Positions 59,265-64,000 of a DNA stretch of 64,000 nt are shown in pieces. Position numbers and translations under genes: made by a program. The stretch's first letter is position 1; each line of letters opens with the position of its first letter. The stretch is from the NCBI RefSeq assembly GCF_013122565.1, contig NZ_CP053258.1; one strand, written 5' to 3'. The notes under the pieces were generated by a model. It was not told the origin of the DNA. It ran no database searches and saw nothing but the letters and a program-made list of their open reading frames with translations. The stretch comes from Escherichia coli (GTDB lineage Bacteria > Pseudomonadota > Gammaproteobacteria > Enterobacterales > Enterobacteriaceae).

Positions 59265-59315
59265 GCGGGGTGTGCATAATACGCTTTCCCGCTACAGAGT
59301 CAAGCATTTTTTTGC
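59265..59315 (-). promoter_or_regulatory. rrn P2 promoter
   Basis: Minus strand TTGACT...TATTAT (plus-strand agtcaa / ataata) upstream of boxA. Confidence 0.7.
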
Positions 59316-59384
59316 TTTTCTCTGTTGAGATTCTCAGGAGAACCCCGCTGACCCGGCGGCGTGTTTGCCGTTGTTCCGTGTCAG

Positions 59385-59450
59385 TGGTGGCGCATTATAG
59401 GGAGTTATTCCGGCCTGACAAGAGGAAATTTAAAATAATTTTCTGACCGC
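59385..59450 (-). promoter_or_regulatory. rrn P1 promoter with A/T-rich UP element
   Basis: Minus strand TTGTCAGGCCGGAATAACTCCCTATAATGCGCCACCACTG preceded by AAATTATTTTAAATTTCCTCT. Confidence 0.8.
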
Positions 59451-59470
59451 GCATTTTTTATTCTTTATGC

Positions 59471-60016
59471 TTATTTCAGCGTCGGTTTGTCGGTTAAATG
59501 GGCGATTTCTCGGGCGAAATTTGCCACCTGCTCCCAATCGGTATAGACAACTTCTTTGCGCGTATCCGTTTCACCGCCTGACATCTTCATAATTAGCTTG
59601 ATCATAAAACGATCGTACCAGCGATAACGTGGGTAACGCAGCGCCCCGGCAATGACCGCGCAGCGATCGGGACGCCATTGCGAGTTCATCAGAAACTTCC
59701 GCGCGTAGCTGTTGGTCTGTGGAGTACGCTTCTCCGGTTTGCGCGCCACCAGGTTTACGGAATAAAAGGCGCTCGGCATCGAATTCAGTCGCGTCGCATG
59801 TTTTTTGACAAATTCCTGGAACGCAGAGTGGTAGTGACCATAGCGAATAGAAGCACCAATGACCACACGGTCATAATTTTCCCATTGTGGTTCTTCAATG
59901 CGGTGCACATTGGCGACATCCGTCTGGATCCCCAGTTCTTTCAGTTCCGAAGCCAGGTAGGAGGCAATCTCGCGCGTTTGTCCGTCCCTTGTTGAGAAAA
60001 GAATTAATGTTTTCAC
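59471..60016 (-). CDS. hemG: Protoporphyrinogen IX dehydrogenase (menaquinone-dependent, flavodoxin-like)
   Basis: 181 aa; [18 protein letters not shown] flavodoxin fold. Confidence 0.9.
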   Translation of the reverse strand: MKTLILFSTRDGQTREIASYLASELKELGIQTDVANVHRIEEPQWENYDRVVIGASIRYGHYHSAFQEFVKKHATRLNSMPSAFYSVNLVARKPEKRTPQTNSYARKFLMNSQWRPDRCAVIAGALRYPRYRWYDRFMIKLIMKMSGGETDTRKEVVYTDWEQVANFAREIAHLTDKPTLK

Positions 60017-60027
60017 GTATTACTCCA

Positions 60028-61479
60028 TCATTCACGCCAGAAAGTCGGGGTAAAGAGCACCAGCAATGTAAAGACCTCGAGACGACCAAACAGCATGTTG
60101 GCAATCAGGATCCATTTAGCCACCGGGTTCATACTGGTAAAGTTATCAGCAACCACGCCAAGCCCTGGCCCCAGGTTATTCAATGTCGCAACAACTGAGG
60201 CAAAGGCAGAAAAGTCATCCACGCCCGTGGCGATAATCGCCAGCATACTGACAATAAACACCAATGCATAGGCGGAGAAAAATCCCCAAACGGCTTCGAG
60301 GATACGTTCCGGCAGTGCGCGATTCCCCAGCTTAATGCTATAGACGGCGTTCGGATGCACCAGTCGTTTCAGCTCACGGTTCCCCTGCTTAAACAGCAGC
60401 AGGATGCGGATCACTTTCAGGCCACCGCCCGTTGACCCGGCACAACCGCCGATAAAAGCTGAACATAAAAGCAGTACCGGCAAAAAGAGCGGCCAGCGGG
60501 CAATGCTGTCAGTCGTAAACCCGGCGGTTGTCGCCATCGACACCACCTGGAAAAACGCCTGGTTAATTGTCATCAGCGCCGAACTGTAGACATTATGAAA
60601 CCACAGTACGAGGGTACAAATAATCACCAGCGTAAACTGTACGCCGATAAACATGCGAAATTCCGGATCGCGCCAATAAACCTTCAGACTACGCCCACTT
60701 AATAGTGAAAAGTGCAGACCGTAGTTACAGCCGGAGATCAGCAGAAAGATAGCAATGATAGTGTTAATTGTCGGGCTGTCGAAATAACCGATACTGGCAT
60801 CATGTGTCGAGAAGCCGCCAATAGCGATAGTCGCAAAGCTATGGCCGATGGCATCAAAGGCATCCATTCCGGCAAACCACAACGCCAGCGCACAGGCGAC
60901 GGTCAGCAAGACATAAATCAACCACAGGGTTTTCGCCGTTTCCGCAATTCGCGGGCGCATTTTGTTATCTTTCAGCGGGCCGGGCATTTCTGCGCGATAG
61001 AGCTGCATCCCACCCACGCCGAGGATAGGCAGTATCGCAACCGCTAACACGATGATCCCCATCCCGCCAAACCATTGCAGCATCTGGCGATAAAAGAGGA
61101 TGGCGTGAGGGAGCGAATCCAGCCCCACCAGCGTAGTGGCCCCGGTGGTGGTCAGGCCAGAGAAAGATTCAAAAAACGCATCGGTAATCGTGAGGTTCGG
61201 GCTTTCCGAGAAGATAAAAGGGAGCGCACCGACGCTACCCAGCACGGTCCAGAACAGCACCACTATCAGAAACCCCTCACGGGATTTAAGTTCGCCTTTC
61301 TCTTTGCGGTTCGGCCACCACAGCATAGAGCCAATGGCGAGGGCGACAAAAAAGGTCTGGGTAAAAGCGCGGCCCGCTCCATCCCGGTAGATGAGTGCTA
61401 CCAGCCCAGGGATAATCATGGTCCCTGAAAATAAGATGACCAGTAGTCCAACGATTCGGGTAATGGCGCGAAAATGCAT
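60028..61479 (-). CDS. trkH: Potassium uptake protein TrkH
   Basis: 483-aa polytopic membrane protein. Confidence 0.9.
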   Translation of the reverse strand: MHFRAITRIVGLLVILFSGTMIIPGLVALIYRDGAGRAFTQTFFVALAIGSMLWWPNRKEKGELKSREGFLIVVLFWTVLGSVGALPFIFSESPNLTITDAFFESFSGLTTTGATTLVGLDSLPHAILFYRQMLQWFGGMGIIVLAVAILPILGVGGMQLYRAEMPGPLKDNKMRPRIAETAKTLWLIYVLLTVACALALWFAGMDAFDAIGHSFATIAIGGFSTHDASIGYFDSPTINTIIAIFLLISGCNYGLHFSLLSGRSLKVYWRDPEFRMFIGVQFTLVIICTLVLWFHNVYSSALMTINQAFFQVVSMATTAGFTTDSIARWPLFLPVLLLCSAFIGGCAGSTGGGLKVIRILLLFKQGNRELKRLVHPNAVYSIKLGNRALPERILEAVWGFFSAYALVFIVSMLAIIATGVDDFSAFASVVATLNNLGPGLGVVADNFTSMNPVAKWILIANMLFGRLEVFTLLVLFTPTFWRE

Positions 61480-61517
61480 CTCTGCCGCTTCCTTAGTTCT
61501 GCAAAACGAAGTGGGGA

Positions 61518-62132
61518 TTATTCTTCAATCGCTAACAATTGCAATGAACCACGGCTAAAATCCGCCAGCTTTGCGGAAAATTCAGCCACTTTCGCCGCCG
61601 GAAGCGCCACCCGCAGCAGAACGAATGCCTGATAATCACTGTTGATAATTTTGCCGTCACACTGCCCCAGCAACGCTTCAATGCCGGTTAACTGATGATA
61701 TTCACATTGCAAAGTATATTCGGTTAATGGCGTCTTGCGTTGGGTCGTTAGCTGGCGCAGCGCCTGATTCACGCCGCCGCCATACGCTTTCACTAACCCA
61801 CCGGTGCCAAGCAATATGCCGCCGTAGTAGCGCACTACCACAGCGGTAATTTCCCCAACGCCGCTGCCCATTAGCTGGGCGAGCATCGGTTTACCTGCCG
61901 TTCCCGCCGGCTCCCCATCGTCAGAGAAACCCAGCTGTTGTGAATCATCCGGCGCACCCGCCACCCACGCCACGCAATGGTGCCGGGCATCGGGGTGTTC
62001 TGCCCGTACCGATTCAACAAACGCTTTCGCCGCCTCAACGCCATCGGTATGCGCCAACATCGTTATGAAGCGGCTCTTTTTGATCTCTTCAACGACCGTG
62101 ACCGGTGCCGCAGGAATTAACCAGCTTTCCAT
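61518..62132 (-). CDS. yigZ: IMPACT-family protein YigZ
   Basis: 204 aa from the second Met; overlaps pepQ stop. Confidence 0.8.
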   Translation of the reverse strand: MESWLIPAAPVTVVEEIKKSRFITMLAHTDGVEAAKAFVESVRAEHPDARHHCVAWVAGAPDDSQQLGFSDDGEPAGTAGKPMLAQLMGSGVGEITAVVVRYYGGILLGTGGLVKAYGGGVNQALRQLTTQRKTPLTEYTLQCEYHQLTGIEALLGQCDGKIINSDYQAFVLLRVALPAAKVAEFSAKLADFSRGSLQLLAIEE

Positions 62133-63463
62133 CACGCCAGTTTCAGATCCCGGGTCATGTTTTCCACGTTGTTTTCGTGGATCACCACGTTGTCTTCGAT
62201 ACGAATGCCGCCGAACGGTTTCAGTGCTTCAATTTTCTGCCAGTTGAAGTGCTTGCTGAACTGCCCTTCACGCCACGGTGCCAGCAGCGATTCAATGAAG
62301 TAAATACCCGGTTCGATGGTTAACACCATGCCCGGCTGGAGAATACGGGTGCAGCGCAGGTACGGATATTTTGCCGGTGCCGCGAGGTGCGTACCGCTAT
62401 CATCTTGCATAAAGCCAGCTACGTCATGCACCTGCAGGCCCAGCGGATGGCCGATACCGTGCGGCATAAACGGTCCGGTGAGATCGTTTTCGACCATCGC
62501 TTCTTCACTCATATCGGTGATGATTTGATGTTTACGCAGCAATTTGGCGATGCGCTGATGGAACTGGATGTGGTAATCCACATAGCTGACGCCTGCTTTC
62601 ATGGTGGCGATCAGCGCCAGTTGTTCATCATTTACGTCTTTCACCAGCTGTGCGTAGTCGTTGTCACTTTTTGCCGACCAGGTACGAGTCAGGTCAGCCG
62701 CATAGCCGTTATATTCGGCCCCGGCATCCAGCAGGAAGCTGCGCATCTCTTCCGGTGCCTGATGATCCAGTTTGGTATAATGCAGTACCGCAGCGTGTTC
62801 ATTAAGCGCCACAATGTTGCTGTAAGGTACGTCGGTATCACGATGACCGGTCGCGGTCAGATAAGCAATGTTGATATCGAACTCGCTCATGCCAGAACGG
62901 AACGCTTCTTCTGCCGCGCGATGACCGTTGACCGCCATTTTCTGCGCTTCACGCATACAGGCCAGTTCGTACTCGGTTTTGAAGGAGCGATAGTAATGCA
63001 GGTAGTCGATCACCCCTTTCGGGTTGATGTTGCTGGCCTCAATACCCAGTTGCAGCGCACGTTCCGGCACCGGACCGATATAACCGATATTGCCGCGCGC
63101 AGCAGGCAGCAGGCTACCAATGCCATCGGCTTTCGGCAGCGCGATCACTTCCACATCTTCAGTCCAGAAGGAGTTCGGCAGCGGTTCGACGTTGTGCCAG
63201 TAATCAACCGGCAGATAAAACCACAGTTTCGGCTTGTTCACGCCATCCACCAGCAACCAGCAGTTTGGCACCTGAGTTACCGGCACCCATGCTTTGAATT
63301 GCGGGTTCACTTTAAACGGATAGGGATGATCGTCGAGAAAAACGTTGAACAGTTCGCCGGAGTGAATAAGTAACGCATCCAGCTTGAAGCGCGCCAGCGC
63401 ATCGCGAGTCCGTTCCTGTAAGGTAGCTATATGATTTTTATAGAGTGAGGCCAGTGATTCCAT
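62132..63463 (-). CDS. pepQ: Xaa-Pro dipeptidase (prolidase)
   Basis: 443 aa; metallopeptidase M24 motifs [13 protein letters not shown]. Confidence 0.9.
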
Positions 63464-63652
63464 TTTTTACCCTTCTGTTTTTTTGACCTTAAGTCTCCGC
63501 ATCTTAGCACATCGTTCATCCAGAGCGTGATTTCTGCCGAGCGTGATCAGATCGGCATTTCTTTAATCTTTTGTTTGCATATTTTTAACACAAAATACAC
63601 ACTTCGACTCATCTGGTACGACCAGATCACCTTGCGGATTCAGGAGACTGAC

Positions 63653-64000
63653 ATGCTTTACAAAGGCGACACCCTGTACCTTGACTGGCTGGAAGATGGC
63701 ATTGCCGAACTGGTATTTGATGCCCCAGGTTCAGTTAATAAACTCGACACTGCGACCGTCGCCAGCCTCGGCGAGGCCATCGGCGTGCTGGAACAGCAAT
63801 CAGATCTAAAAGGGCTGCTGCTGCGTTCGAACAAAGCAGCCTTTATCGTCGGTGCTGATATCACCGAATTTTTGTCCCTGTTCCTCGTTCCTGAAGAACA
63901 GTTAAGCCAGTGGCTGCATTTTGCCAATAGCGTGTTTAATCGCCTGGAAGATCTGCCGGTGCCGACCATTGCTGCCGTCAACGGCTATGCGCTGGGCGGT
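63653..64000 (+). CDS. fadB: Fatty acid oxidation complex alpha subunit, N-terminal part (continues beyond window)
   Basis: [32 protein letters not shown] enoyl-CoA hydratase N-terminus, divergent from pepQ. Confidence 0.85.

Noticed and set aside
59100-59460. Possible small ORF or sRNA between the 16S 5' end and hemG
   Set aside because: The region is fully explained by rrn P1/P2 promoters, the UP element and the boxA leader.

Overview
This window reads as an Escherichia coli-type chromosomal segment, collinear with but inverted relative to the K-12 fadB-pepQ-trkH-hemG-rrnA-mobAB-dsbA-polA-spf-engB-csrC-yihI-hemN-glnGLA-typA-ompL-yih(SQ)-dtd-yiiD-yiiEF-fdhE-fdoIHG-fdhD region. All calls rest on my own reading and partial translation of the sequence plus recalled K-12 gene order and protein lengths; no database search was run. 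Core content: a complete rRNA operon on the minus strand (16S, tRNA-Ile, tRNA-Ala, 23S, 5S) with its P1/P2 promoters, the sRNAs Spot 42 and CsrC, the glnALG nitrogen operon with sigma-54 promoter, the sulfoquinovose catabolic cluster, and the formate dehydrogenase-O operon with an in-frame TGA selenocysteine codon. Four segments depart from the K-12 layout and are the main targets: (1) a six-gene, translationally coupled operon between ompL and typA (28990-34530) encoding an LRR-like protein, an ATP-grasp ligase, an alkaline-phosphatase-superfamily enzyme, a HemN-family radical SAM protein, a second radical SAM protein and a HAD hydrolase; this is my best candidate for an undescribed system. 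(2) An islet between yiiE and yiiD (about 8470-13200) carrying a toxin-antitoxin pair, an esterase, and an AT-rich 617-aa ORF with a CKSAKDRT motif of the IpgD/SopB type, bracketed and organised by short repeats. (3) A TauE/SafE-like membrane protein gene inserted between yihR and yihQ. (4) A truncated HSP90 (HtpG-family) paralog next to fdhD at the window start. No CRISPR array, transposase or integrase was seen.
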